Positions 27,354 through 41,684 are shown, numbered from the stretch's first letter. The stretch: 64,000 nt of DNA from Eledone cirrhosa (GCA_964016885.1 OZ024762.1:1922001-1986000), one strand, 5' to 3'. The notes: generated from the letters alone by a model not told the origin. Numbers and translations are program-made.

Positions 27354-27649
27354 AACAAAGTCAATCTGTAAACGCAGAAGTGAATATTTCAAAAAACGTT
27401 GCAAGGAAGACAGGAAGACAGGAAGACGATACTTTGGTTCGTGGAAACGTTCCTTGGCAAATTATATAATGACTGGAATTGAATAATCAAAACCGTAGCA
27501 GTATGTCACATATCAAATCATATATTTTCTCTGATGAATATGTACTTAAACACCTTTGTACCTTTCAAATATGTATAATAAAATATATATTTTCATTATA
27601 TATATATATATTTTCATTATGAGAATATTTTTCATTTGTTAACATTTTG

Positions 27650-27702
<53 letters not shown>

Positions 27703-27979
27703 GGGTGATGTGTTGTTTCCTTGAGCAAGACACTTTATTTCACATTGCTCCAGTTTACTCAGCTGTAGAAATGAGATGATAGGGACTGGGGTCTCTATCA
27801 TTCCACTGCAAAGTGGTTGTGGAGGTGCCACGGCAAAAAAAAAACACCCAGGACTCACTGTAAATGAGGTTGGTGTTAGGAAGGGCATCCAGCTGTAGAA
27901 ATCAAGCCAGAATCAGTTCCCGTCCCACCCTTGCAAGCAGGGAAAAGTGGACGTAAAATGAAAATGAAATATATATATA

Positions 27980-28117
27980 CACATAATAAATCTAAGAGTT
28001 CAGAAAGTGTTTAAAACATTTTAATTTGTGTCACACATGTTTCATCAAGTGACACAAGGAAACGTGTGACACAAATTAAAATGTTTTAAACACTTTCTGA
28101 ACTCTTACATTTATTGT

Positions 28118-28118
<1 letters not shown>
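27980..28118. repeat. ~140-bp palindrome in (TA)n; left arm repeated at 28531-28600
   Basis: taagagttcagaaagtgtttaaaacattttaatttgtgtcacac / gtgtgacacaaattaaaatgttttaaacactttctgaactctta. Confidence 0.8.
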
Positions 28119-28175
<57 letters not shown>

Positions 28176-28796
28176 AAGTAAGTCCTTCATCAGTGGCCCT
28201 CCAACCGTCCTAGACATTTCATCGCTTTAAGGGCCATATACCTCAAGTTGGTGCGAACAACGGCTAAAAAAAGTCGTTGGGACACGTAAATAAAGGGGAC
28301 GCTAGGGTGAACAAACAAAATGGTTTAAGCAACAGAAAGTGAGAAGAAAGAGACAAGTCCCAGATTTCTATGAATATAAACTCGGTGAAATCGTGAACGA
28401 GAGACAAAAGACCATCAAACCTGGTTGAAATGTGAGCAAGGAAGGAATTTCGCACAGGTCTAACGGGGGGAAGAAGGGGTCTGGTCTGCGAATTCGGTAA
28501 ACATAAGTTCTGTGAAGTCGCAGACGAGATACACAATAAATCTAAGAGTTCAGAAAGTGTTTAAAACATTTTAATTTGTGTCACACATGTTTCCTCAAGT
28601 GAATTAACAATGTAGAATAGAGAAAAGATTTACACTTAAAATATATTACAATAGAAATCCAGGAAATCACACTTTGATTATATGAAAAGGTGGAGTACTT
28701 GAGTTAAGGTGCCTCTGTGGTACCTTGGTCTCAACGCTGTAATAATAGGATAAAATTAAAACAAAACTATAGAAAATCACACCTTGATTATATTAA

Positions 28797-29390
28797 CTCA
28801 TTACCATTTACATTACGCTATATATACTATTGTATTTTCACAGTAAAGGCTTTACCTCACATAATATCTCACATAACATTTACATTACTCTATATATACT
28901 ATTGTATTTTCACAGTAAAGGCTTGACCTCACATAATATCTCATAACATTTACATTGTTCTATATATACTATTGTATTTTCACAGTAAAGGCTTTACCTC
29001 ACATAATATCTCACATAACATTTACATTACTCTATATATACTATTGTATTTTCACAGTAAAGGCTTTACCTCACATAATATCTCACATAACATTTACATT
29101 ACTCTATATATACTGTTGTATTTTCACAGTAAAGGCTTTACCTCACATAATATCTCACATAACATTTACATTACTCTATATATACTATTGTATTTTCATG
29201 GTAAAGGCTTTACCTCACATAATATCTCACATAATATTTACATTACTCTATATATACTATTGTATTTTCATGGTAAAGGCTTTACCTCACATAATATCAA
29301 ATCTATGAGATTTTGATATTATTTATTTTGAGAACAATACCTTAATATCAGTATGAGTGGCTGGTTATGGCCAGTTTAAATGCTAAAGGG
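28797..29390 (+). mobile_element. piggyBac-type MITE with ~7 internal 72-bp units
   Basis: TTAA flanks; right TIR TAAATGCTAAAGGG|TTAA. Confidence 0.8.
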
Positions 29391-30537
29391 TTAAAAGGTG
29401 GAATACATGAGTAAGGTGGCTTAGTGCTACCTTGGTCAACTCATTCTGTCCTCCTGACAGTAATGTGGGATTTGTGGGAAACTTGGCTGCTATATCTTGC
29501 AGATGGAATGACCACATAGAGGCTCCCATCCTAGCAATTCAATCCCTCACCCACGTACCACACACACACTTCAGATGACAGGCTAGTCAACCTTATGAAT
29601 AAAATACAGCCCTACTCAAAATGGCCAAGACATGCCATATGTGATTTGCTGGTGACCACTACAGCACCTCACTCAGGTATTCCACTCTGACAGCGCCATC
29701 GAGAGTTAAGAGCGCTGCACATGGAATTTAAGGGTAACTTTGTATTGATTGCTGTGATGAGAGCAAACTGTAGGTTTATTCTCAGCAGAATTTACATCAT
29801 CATCATCATCATTTAATATCCATTTTTCCACGTTTGCATGGGTTTGACGGGTTTTCTTGTTATGTAATGAGTCAGGCCTGGAGACCATGTCTTTCTCATA
29901 CAGAGCTGTATATTGGCTTGCTTTCTACAGCTGGCTGCCCTTCCCAATGCCAGCAACCACTTTACAGGGTGGATTGGGCGCTTTTTTGTCATATCACCAA
30001 CATGACCACCTTACAAGGTGGACTGGGTGTTTTACATATGAGGGAATTTATTAAATTTAGATTTCTCAAATGTAGTTGATGAATATAGGAGGGAGGGGGG
30101 AAGAGGAAGTGGATGAAGAGGTGGACCAGGTGGGAGGTAGGAAGAGGAAGGGGTGGACTAGGTGGGAGGTAGGGAGAGGAAGAGAGGGTGAGCCAGGTGG
30201 GAGGTGGGAAGAGGAAGGGGTGGGCCAGGTGGGAGGTGGGAAGAGGAAGAGAGGGTGAGCCAGGTGGGAAATTGTAGTTTAATCATAAATAACTTATTTA
30301 TTTAATTACAGTCAGAAAGTCTGTACCAGTTTACTACAGTGAATATTACTGAGAAACAATACCTAGTAGGTGTGTGTGTAGGGGGGTATGAGTGTGTGGG
30401 TACGGGGTGTATGCGTGGGTGTGTGTGTGTGTATGTGTGTATATATATATATATGTGTGTGTGTAAGGGTGTCTCTGTATATATATGTGTATATGTAAGG
30501 GTGTCTCTGTATATATATGTGTATATATATATGTGTG

Positions 30538-30654
<117 letters not shown>

Positions 30655-31193
30655 TGGTATATTTTTGTGTGGCTACTGGTCTTCTACGATAACACCTTAA
30701 CCTAGGGTTTGTCCCTTCACAAAGGTCAACCGATGGCCAGTCAGTCCGTCTGGGGTCCATAAACCAGGGTCAGTAGTGACCAACAAAGGTTCCCTTTGCT
30801 GTTGAGAAAGATCTTTAGAAATAACTGGGAATGTTGATACTAACAATGCTTTCTACTATAGGCACAAGGCCACCAATTTTTCAGGGGGTGGGAATCAACC
30901 CCAGTGCATTACTGGTACTTTATTTTATCAACTCCGTAAGAATGAAAGTAAATACTGGTTTTTGATTTAGGCACAAGGCTAGCAATTTGGGAAGGAGGGA
31001 AAAGTCGATTAAATCGACCCTAGTGCATTACTGGTACTTTATTTTATGGACCCTGTAAGAATGAAAGACAAAGCTAACCTCAGCAGGATTTGAACTCGGA
31101 ACATAAAGGGTCATAACTCTATGCTGCAAAGCATGGTGTCTGACAATCTACCGATGCTGCCAATCCACAATCCTAATGTTGTAATAAGTTCTA

Positions 31194-31338
31194 GTGTCTC
31201 CCTCACTCAAGGGGGAAGTCATTATTGTTGTGTGTCTCCCTCACTCAAGGGAGAAGTCATTATTGTTGTGTGTCTCCCTCACTCAAGGGAGAAGTCATTA
31301 TTGTTGTGTGTCTCCCTCACTCAAGGGAGAAGTCATTG
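31194..31338. repeat. ~39-bp tandem repeat (TGTGTCTCCCTCACTCAAGGGAGAAGTCATTATTGTTG), about 4 copies
   Basis: Direct periodicity. Confidence 0.85.
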
Positions 31339-31551
31339 CACTGGGTAATTGCTGGCCTTGTGCCTAAAGTAGAAACAATTATTATTGTTGTTTAGGTTTT
31401 CACTTGGGTTGAAATAACAGCTCCAAATATCAGTTGAACAGTTCCTATAAAACTGAACGACAGTTTACGGTTTACTGAGAGCTGCAATCAAAAGGCTGTT
31501 GCTTCAAACTTATATACTTTATACACACATATATCTATCTATCTATCTATC

Positions 31552-31960
31552 TGAGGCACTGCACCCCAGTAAATTTACTGAAAGGTGGGTGAATGAAGCG
31601 AAAATGGCCCGAGTGATTGGGCCTTCTCTGTTTATAAGCCTGTAGGTTGAGGAAGAGAGCAAAAGGAAGAAAGGAGCACTTGCACAACACGCTCCTTGAG
31701 TTGAGGGTTGTTCTATCGACGGGGTATTAAACAACCCATTTGTGGCGCCTCCCCCCTATTGGGGATTTCGATTGTTGAAATTGTTTGTTTTTATATTTTT
31801 TACACGACTGTATGTAAAATCCCCGGCATGTCTTTGTATTGTCCCCTTTCTTGTTGCGCCCTTGTGGCTAATAAAGAAATTACACGTTTTTATTGTATGT
31901 AAACTTCCCCCTTTGTATTTGTCCCCTTCTTTTGTGCCCCTGTGGCTAATAAAGAAATAT
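31552..31960 (+). mobile_element. L1/Tx1-like LINE 3' end with a duplicated terminus, inserted in (ATCT)n
   Basis: EALHPSKFTERWVNEAKMARVIGPSLFISL* then 3'UTR; TGTGGCTAATAAAGAAAT twice; (ATCT)n on both sides. Confidence 0.7.
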
Positions 31961-32114
31961 ATCTATCTATCTGTCTGTCTATCTATCTTTCATCATCACC
32001 ATCACCACCATCATCATTTAACATTTATTTTCCACGCTAGTATAGGTAGAATGGGCTGTCCCTTTGTGAGAGATCAGGTCGGAGGGCTGTGTTTCACCCA
32101 CACAAGAGACTGTG

Positions 32115-32164
<50 letters not shown>

Positions 32165-32336
32165 ATCATCATCATTGTTTAACGTCCATCTTCCACGTTA
32201 GCATGGGTTAGACGGCTTTGTTCCATTTGATGCGGGAATGAATGGTCGGGAGACTGTGTCTTGCTTGTACGGAAGTGTCTCTGTATATATATATATGCAC
32301 ATATATACACATATATATGCACATATATACATATAC

Positions 32337-32377
<41 letters not shown>

Positions 32378-32813
32378 ATACATGTTTGTGTATGTATATA
32401 TATATATACACACACATATGTATATATATACATATGTGTGTGTGTATATATATATATATATACACACACACACATGTATGTATGTATATATATATATATA
32501 TATATATACATATGTGTGTGTGTGTGTATTGTTGTCCAGAGTGTGTTTCCCTTCTTTATCAATATTCAATTTACTACGACAGTGATTGGTATATTTACAA
32601 TGTAATAATAATCATATGATCCCCACCCAGGGAGAAAGTTTCCCCACCTCCCCTCTACACACACCTACTACACCTGGATAACATGGTAACCATGGTAACT
32701 ATGTTTACTCTAAAAATCCTTTATTTGATTGGGGCCCTTTTTCCTCCAGCTATACAGCCCCTCAAAAAAAGGACTAACATTGAGTGCACATCATATACAC
32801 AAACATATATACA

Positions 32814-32861
<48 letters not shown>

Positions 32862-33927
32862 TACACAAATGTATGTATGATTATATGTATATACATACAC
32901 GTGTCTATGCACATATACAAACACACACAGCGAGATATATATGTGTGTGTGTGTGCATATATACATATATAACTAATAGGACCCAGTACACTCTGTAAGG
33001 TGGTAGTGTTGGTGTCATGACAAAAAGGACCCAGTACACCCTGTAAATTGGTAGTGTTGGTGACATGATAAAATACACCCAGTACACTCTATAAAGTAGT
33101 AGTACTAGTGCCATGACAAAAAACACCAAGTACACCCTGTAAAGTGTTAGTGCCTGTGAAATTATGAAAAGCAGCCAGTACACTTTGTAAAGTGGTTGAT
33201 ATAGGGAAGATCATCCAGCTACAGGAAACCAAGCCTAAAACACAAGAGGAAGACATGAATGATCACCTGGCTTGTCAAAATTTAACATGACAACCATCAA
33301 ACCTGTACTACCCACCACTAATGATGATGATGATATGTACATATGTATGTATCCAAAACATTAAGACTCATTTCCTATTATCTCAAGCATTAAATGAGTA
33401 TATTTCCTCATTGTACTGTGTGTGTGTGTATATAAATATATACTTTCATCCTTAACAGAATCTTCTGAAACTAAAAAAAAAATCAATCTGTGAACACAGA
33501 AGTAAATATTTCGAAAAACATTGCAACCGAAGGAAAACAGTTTCCTAAATAGAATATTAGTCTAATGACTCCATTTATACCATAAACGTGGTTTTGTCTT
33601 TACGTGTAATTGTTCTCATCGCTCTCATATTTGCTCTATGGTTTTTATATATTTGATATATATTTATCCTTATCGAGCCCTCTTTGGAATTTAGTCTTCA
33701 CATTTATTATTATTATTACTATGTATGCATGTCTATATATAAATATAAATATATACATATAAACATTATCATCATCCTTTACCGTCTATCTTCCATGCTA
33801 GCATGGGTTAGATGGGTTTGTCCCATTTGAGGCAAGTTGGGTAAGGTGACCATATCTCGCTCATATAGGACTGTATATATATATGTATATATATATCAAC
33901 ATCATCATCATTTTATTATATATATAC

Positions 33928-34032
<105 letters not shown>

Positions 34033-34047
34033 CATATATATACATAC

Positions 34048-34170
<123 letters not shown>

Positions 34171-34673
34171 CATATATATGTGTGTATATATACATATATA
34201 TATATGCGTGTATGTGTGTGTGTATATATATATATATATATGTAAACATTAGAAAGTTGAGGGTCACTCGATATTATGTAAGAGTGACTCATGGTGGGCT
34301 TTGTTTCTGGAGTGGTGAATGTTTCGATGAGTTTATAGTAAATGAGAATATGACTAATATTGTTGTTGTCGGTGTTGTCATAAAACATGAAATATATACT
34401 GTAACCAACACAAAGAAAACCTATGCAATATATAATACAAACACACACACGTATGTATGTATACATCTATATATATATAAATATATGTGTATATATAAAT
34501 ATATATATATAGAGATAAATATACACGGGTGTGTATGATTGTGTATAGAAGATTATATTAATAAGAGGAATTCCAACTTTGTCTGATTTACTCGTTTTAT
34601 TTACAATCCTTTAAAATTTATAATGGTATTATAATGAAATAGTATGGTAGAATATTAAATGTTAAGTGTTAAT

Positions 34674-34712
34674 TGAACAAGTACTTTCATGCTTTCGCAA
34701 TCTTCAGGTTCA
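34674..34712 (-). ncRNA. Type I hammerhead ribozyme, family A
   Basis: Minus strand: TGAAC-CTGAAGA-TTGCgaaaGCAT-GAAA-GTAC-TT-GTTCA; 5-bp stem I, GAAA tetraloop in stem II, palindromic stem III AGTACT. Confidence 0.8.
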
Positions 34713-34785
34713 TATTCTGTGGTGACAGTCAAGTTTGCAATTTTCAACAGTTGAAAATTGCAAACTTGACTGTCACCACAGAATA

Positions 34786-34824
34786 TGATCCTGAAGATTG
34801 CAAAAGCATGAAAGTACTTGTTCA
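34786..34824 (+). ncRNA. Type I hammerhead ribozyme, family A (mirror copy)
   Basis: TGATC-CTGAAGA-TTGCaaaaGCAT-GAAA-GTAC-TT-GTTCA. Confidence 0.7.
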
Positions 34825-34932
34825 ATTAACACTTAACATTTAATATTCTACCATACTATTTCATTATAATACCATTATAAATTTTAAAGGATTGTAAATA
34901 AAACGAGTAAATCAGACAAAGTTGGAATTCCT

Positions 34933-34974
<42 letters not shown>

Positions 34975-35298
34975 TATATAAATGAAAATATAGAAATCAT
35001 TGTGAGCGTGAAGCCAACAGTATGTTATAACATAAAATGACTATAATGTCAAAATGGAAAATAATTAACGTAAGATGTGGGAAAATAATTCAAACTCAAT
35101 TAAAAAAAAATCAAGACAGAGATTTTATCCACAGATTTTGTGAAATCCAGGGAAAATATATGTATATATAAATATACATATATATATATAAATATATATA
35201 TAAATATACATATATATATATATAAATATGTGTATATATAAATATATATATATATATAAATATATATAAATATACATATATATATATAAATATATGTG

Positions 35299-35340
<42 letters not shown>

Positions 35341-35417
35341 TATATAAATATATATATACATATATATATATAAATATATGTGTATATATAAATATATATA
35401 TATATACATATATACAT

Positions 35418-35452
<35 letters not shown>

Positions 35453-35464
35453 CTAAGAATAATT

Positions 35465-35640
35465 GTTTCTACTTTAGGCACAAGGCCAGCAATTACCCAG
35501 TGCATTACTGGTACTTTATTTTATCGACCCCGTAAGGATGAAAGGCAAAGTCAACCTCGGCGGGATTTGAACTCAGATCGTAAAGGGACGTAACTATGCT
35601 GGAAAGCATGGCGTCCGACCCTCTACCGATACTGCCAATA
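35465..35640 (-). mobile_element. tRNA-derived SINE (second family), near complete
   Basis: Minus strand: TGGCAGTATCGGTAGAG (A box), GAGTTCAAATCC (B box), GCCGAGGTTGACTTTGCCTTTCATCCTTACGGGGTCGATAAAATAAAGTACCAG. Confidence 0.8.
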
Positions 35641-35832
35641 AGAATAATGAGTTCTAAACTCAAGCAGTCCTTTACAATGAAATAGCTCAAAAAACGAAAT
35701 ATTTCTGAGCCATGTAATATATATATATATTATATATATATATATACACATACATATAAACACATATATATACATATATATATACATATATATATGTATG
35801 TATGTATATAAATATATATAAATATATATATG

Positions 35833-35866
<34 letters not shown>

Positions 35867-36810
35867 TATATTCATATATAAATACGTATGTATATATAAC
35901 ACACACTCACACACACATATATATAAACACACAAACACACACATATATAAATGAGACAGACAGACAGAGCTGCTGCGGTGGGGACCAGGAGTAAAATGAC
36001 AGGGGCTAGATGACAGGCGGTGGGGACCAGGAGTAAAATGACAGGGGCTAGATGACAGAGTCAGAGGGTGTTTTACAAACAAAAGCAATCTGTTAGGGGG
36101 GAAGAACAAAAAAAATCGAAGTCAGGCAACCTAAGTAAAACAGTTACAATGATGGATGGGAGTGTGTGGTGTAGTGGGGCTGGGATCTTGGTGGTGGTGG
36201 GGTCTTGGTGGTAGTGGTAGGTGGGGTTATGGTGGTGGTGGGGTGGGGGCAGGGGTATTGGTGGGGTCTTGGTGGTAGTGGTAGGTGGGGTCATGGTGCT
36301 GGTGGGGTTAGTGGTGGTGGAGTCTTGGTGGTGGTGGGGTGTTGGGTGTGGTAGTGATGATGGTTACTAGGGTGTGATGGATGGGAGGGTGTGGTGGTGG
36401 GGGTAATCTTGATGGTGGTGGTGATCATGGATGGGAGGGTGTGGTAGTGGTGGTGGTGGTGGTGGTGGTGGTGGTGGTAGTGGTAGTGGTGGTGGTGGTG
36501 GTGGTGGTGGTGGTGGTGGTGGTGGTGGTGATGTTTAATTGCTTAGTCAGAGCAGTAAGGGAAGTACCTATGTCCTTATTGCAAGGGCCACTAAGATTGG
36601 TGTTGGTGGTGGTGATGTTTGTAGTGATGCTGGTGAAAGTGGTGGTGGTGTTGGAGGTGATAAGGGTGGTGTTTGTGATGTTGGTGGCGATGATGGTGTC
36701 TGTAGTGGGTATTTGAAGCCTAGAGGGGCCAGACGATTTCTTCCAGAGAGAGAGTGTGTGTATGTGTGTGTGTATGTATGTGTGTATGTGTGTGTATGTA
36801 TGTGTGTATA

Positions 36811-36841
<31 letters not shown>

Positions 36842-37288
36842 ATCTGTATGTGTGTGTATGTATGTGTGTGTATATATGTGTGTGTGTATGCGCGTATGTG
36901 TGTATATGTGTGTGTGTGTGTATGTATGTGTGTGTGTATGTATATGTGTGTGGGTATATATGTATGTGTGTGTGTATATGTGTGTGTATGTGTGTGTGTG
37001 TGTATGTGTGTGTGTGTATATGTGTATGTGTATGTGTGTGTATGTGTGTGTGTGTGTATATGTGTATGTGTGTGTGTGTGTATCCATCAGTGTTATCTTA
37101 ATAATTCTCATCAAAGACAAGAGAAAGAAATAATTCTTTTTTCTCTCTCTCTCTCTCCCTCTCCCCCTGTCTCCCTCTATCACCTTCTCTCTCTCTATCT
37201 ATCTCAATGTCTCTCTCCCTCTATCTCCTCTCTCTCTTTCTCTCTCTCACTATCTCTGTCAACCTCAATGTCTCTCTTCCTTTTTCTA

Positions 37289-37326
<38 letters not shown>

Positions 37327-37551
37327 AATGTCTCTCTTCCTCTATCTCCCCCTCTCTCTCTCTGCCTCTCTTTATCTATCTATCTATCTATCTCTCTCTC
37401 TCTATCTATCTATCTCAATGTCTCTCTTCCTCTATCTCCCCCCTCTCTCTCTCTGCCTATCTTTATCTATCTCTCTCTCTCTCTCTCTCTATCTATCTCA
37501 ATGTCTCTCTTCCTCTATCTCTCCCCCCCCCTCTCTCTCTTCCTCTCTTTA

Positions 37552-37603
<52 letters not shown>

Positions 37604-38156
37604 AAGTACTTCTTCAAACAAGAATTACACTTGACTGATATACAATCTTGTAAGTATTTTGTCTCATCCTTCCCACTCCCTCTCCCCTCCCCTCCTCTCA
37701 TCCTCCTTCTTTCAAGGTTGAAACTACCTGAAAGCTTTTGAACTTGACCTCCACTCCACTCAACAAGTGAGGGTTGAGACCCTCCACTCAAGAGACAGCA
37801 ACATAGTGTGACATAGTGTGAAGTAGAGTCAGTAGTGTCAGTGAATAATGTAGAGCATGACCAATATTTCTGTCTCTTCCCAAACCAAGCCATATATATA
37901 CATATATATATGTCTATATGATATATTGGGTTGTAACATACATTCCCGCCATTTTTTAAAATTAAGTAGTTTTATAACAACAGCGAGAATGTCTACATAT
38001 GATTTTTTAAGTAGATTTAATTTGATTTGATTTGATTGAAGGAGTCAAATATTAGCGATCTATGACTGATATGTAATACATACGATGAAACACGTGTAAG
38101 TGTTATGCAATAAATGTTATTCCCACTTTTCGGGTGTGTGATGTTTTAAATAATAA

Positions 38157-38250
<94 letters not shown>

Positions 38251-39448
38251 CTTTTTCTGGCTCAGAAGACTAGAACGAAAATCTGGCTTGGAATCCGTGC
38301 TTTCATTGTTATAGACTTGGAATCATCGAAACTGCTGGAGATCCATTTAGTCATTTATTTTACAGTATGAATCAATTGTCTTTTGTTTAAAATTCTAACA
38401 TCCTACACACAGTTCTAAATTGGAATCTCTATTATAGAGTTCAGTTTTCATAATAAACAATAGAGGATCTTTTTTGCTTGTTCTGTGATTTAATAACATT
38501 ACTCCAGTACAGAGAAACTAAGTGTTCTTTGTATATATATAATCTGACACATCCTACATGATGTGCTCTCAATTGCAAACACTGTTGTAGAATTCAGTTT
38601 TAATATTAAAAATACATTTATTTCTCTAATTATTCCCATCCATTATTCTAGTACTTTTGTTGTCATTGTCTGTAGTTTTTTACAGACCCAACATTCTACC
38701 AGAAATTTGTGGTGAGGTGAGCCTGGGTTTTTAGCACCCTAGGCTAGCTCTACAATGTGTACCTGGGTTTCTAGCACCCTAGGCTAGCTCTACAATGTGT
38801 ACCTGGGTATTTAACACCGTAGGTTAGGAGGGGTGGCTGCGTTTTTTGAATTATGACAACAGTTTGCTCTATTCTCAAATGTGTGACCACCACCACCACC
38901 ACCACCACCACCCTCTCTCTTTCCCACACACCTCTCCCATCCATCGACCCCCCTCCCCTCCTCTCTTCCATGTATGACCACCTCCCTATCCACCTCCCCC
39001 ATCCTCCGCTCCATACATCCTCCCCCACCAGTCGACTGCCCTACCCCACCCCACCATCATGTCACCGATCTTCCATCTTCCTCTCCTCTCCTCACTGAAA
39101 CACAGGATGTCCAGGTTTTAATGTATGTCAGATGAAATTTTAAATGGCAACCATTTCAATTAACCTCTCACCTACACTCACCCTCCTCCACTCAGTCAAC
39201 CTCACACTCTCCCCCCCCCACTCAGTTTGTCACCCACCCTCACTCAGTTAATCTCACTCTTTCTCAACCATCCCCCGCTTAATCTAAATATATATATAGG
39301 AAAAGACAGGACCCCGACGGCTGAGCTCCGGCCGTTTTGACAGCTAAACCTACTCTACTATTGAGTACTCTGGTACTATGGTCCACCTGGTATCTTACCA
39401 CACTCTCTTTGTTATATATATATATATCTAGAGTGGGTCAAATACCCG

Positions 39449-39596
<148 letters not shown>

Positions 39597-39733
39597 GTAG
39601 ATAGATATGAAAAGTATCAGAAATGAAAAGTACCCGTCCAACCCATGCAAGCATGGAACAACAAAGGCAAAGTGATGATGTTGATGATGATTGGGCCGTA
39701 GTGTCCAAATCTTGATTGAAAAGACTTCACCAA

Positions 39734-39865
39734 GTGGTGCTATTGTTAGACATGACCTGGGCCAATACTGGCCAAAAACTATCAAAGTTATATATACACA
39801 TATATATAACTTTGATAGTTTTTGGCCAGTATTGGCCCAGGTCATGTCTAACATAATAGCACCAC
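39734..39865. repeat. Near-perfect hairpin with ~60-bp arms
   Basis: gtggtgctattgttagacatgacctgggccaatactggccaaaaactatcaaagttatata and its reverse complement. Confidence 0.85.
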
Positions 39866-39886
39866 ACATATATATATAACATCACC

Positions 39887-39931
<45 letters not shown>

Positions 39932-40025
39932 GTAGAACACTGGAGCGTTATATCCGTAGTGGTAGAGCACTCAGTCCATGGTCCGAGTTTGGTAGAAGTA
40001 GTTCCACAACAGTTAGTTCACCATT

Positions 40026-40068
40026 ACCGAGAACAATTGTTTCACCTTATTCGGATCATCAGCTCGGT
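40026..40068 (-). ncRNA. Type I hammerhead ribozyme, family F, in an inverted repeat (mirror remnant on + at 40100-40136)
   Basis: Minus strand: ACCGAG-CTGATGA-TCCgaataaGGT-GAAA-CAATTG-TT-CTCGGT. Confidence 0.78.
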
Positions 40069-40258
40069 CTAAATGAAGTTTCCATACAACTTCATTTAGC
40101 TGATGATCCAACTAAGGTGAAACAATTGTTTTCGGTAACAATTGCGGAACCAGTTTTCCAAGAGATGTCAACATGAATGGACCTGTTATTTTTATCTAAA
40201 GACATTTTTTTAAAATTCCACGCCACCTGTCCCCTCAATCTATCTTATTTCTCATTCT

Positions 40259-40296
40259 GTCTTCTGATGAAGGACTAGTGTCCGAAACGTTAAGAC
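40259..40296 (+). ncRNA. Minimal Penelope-type hammerhead ribozyme, family H
   Basis: GTCTT-CTGATGA-A-GGACtagtGTCC-GAAA-CG-TT-AAGAC; stem III is reduced to an ACGT palindrome. Confidence 0.8.
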
Positions 40297-40392
40297 CCTC
40301 TTCCTGCTATTTCAAGCGTTAACCTAATATATTCCTTCCATATACTGTACTGATTGTATTGTTATTTCTGTTTACTTTTTACATACATAAAT

Positions 40393-40453
<61 letters not shown>

Positions 40454-40632
40454 AACCTCGGTCTACCTCTTCCAGTGCGTCCAAGCAGGGGCTCCCACAG
40501 GAGCACTGAGTGCAATGTCAACTCTGGATGTCGGTGAGCACGTCCAGCTAACCTCAGTCTCCTCTGTGTCATTTTTGACCTGACTTTTAGGAGGCTCCCA
40601 TTCACCTCTGAGTTTTTCATCCTCAGTGTATA

Positions 40633-40756
40633 CTGATTAACGCCCTAAGGACAGACACTGGTCTGTTGGAGACGCAGGACATGGCAATGATAATGAGGGA
40701 CAGAGACCGCTGGAGAGAACTCGTCCATGGATCTCGGGAATTTTACCCGCCCTAGA
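40633..40756 (+). mobile_element. RTE-type LINE 3' terminal fragment
   Basis: LINALRTDTGLLETQDMAMIMRDRDRWRELVH, similar to RTE-clade C-termini (M.DR..WR); followed by (TA)n. Confidence 0.55.
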
Positions 40757-40765
40757 TATATATAC

Positions 40766-40806
<41 letters not shown>

Positions 40807-41070
40807 TATATTTGGTACTTATAAATGGCCTCAGATTACTAACACATACAGACAACTGTGTGCCTCATACTTCTCACCTATATGTTTTTAAATGCTTAAT
40901 TGTACACGACATCCTGCAACCACAGACACACATGTATCTATATATACACACACACATAGACATACACACACATAGACATACAGATACACACACCAACCCA
41001 TATATATATATATATATGTATATATGTGTGTGTGTGTGTGTGTATGTATATATATATATAATATAGAAAT

Positions 41071-41121
41071 GGCTTCTACAGGACTAGAACTGTTTCATTC
41101 GGGAGAAATCATCAGGAAGCC
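41071..41121 (-). ncRNA. Type I hammerhead ribozyme, family B (conventional stem III), inside palindrome 41060-41182
   Basis: Minus strand: GGCTTC-CTGATGA-TTTCtcccGAAT-GAAA-CAG ttctagtc CTG-TA-GAAGCC; GUA cleavage triplet. Confidence 0.8.
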
Positions 41122-41645
41122 GACTCCTGATGATTTCTCCCGAATGAAACTGTTCTAGTCCTGTAGAAGCCATTTCTATATTAAATATTTATACTCTGCT
41201 ATGCATTGAGTACCTTACTGTCGTTACCCCTGATTGAACCTGGGATAAACTTATATATATATAGAGAGAGAGAGAGAGACAGATGGATAGATATAGATAT
41301 ATATAAACATGCATACACACAGACAGACAGACAGACAGACATATATAAACGCCCACTGTCACATGCCCCCTCAATACCCTCCTCTCCCCATACCCCACCC
41401 CCTCATATCATACCACCTCCACTCCACCCACAGCCGGCACAGAGTAGAGTGTGAATAAACTGTGACATACAGAGGCACGTGCAGGTAACATACACCAACA
41501 GACACACACACACACATATATACACATACACACACACACATATACATATATATATATACATACACACACACATATATGCACACGTATACACACACACACA
41601 CATATATATGCACATTTATACACACATACATACACACACATGTGC

Positions 41646-41684
<39 letters not shown>

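Larger units (their letters stand above)
34561..34937. mobile_element. 377-bp near-perfect palindrome (188-bp arms, 1-nt centre at 34749) with a hammerhead on each strand
   Basis: Arms are reverse complements with about 2 mismatches by eye; flanked by (TA)n. Confidence 0.9.
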
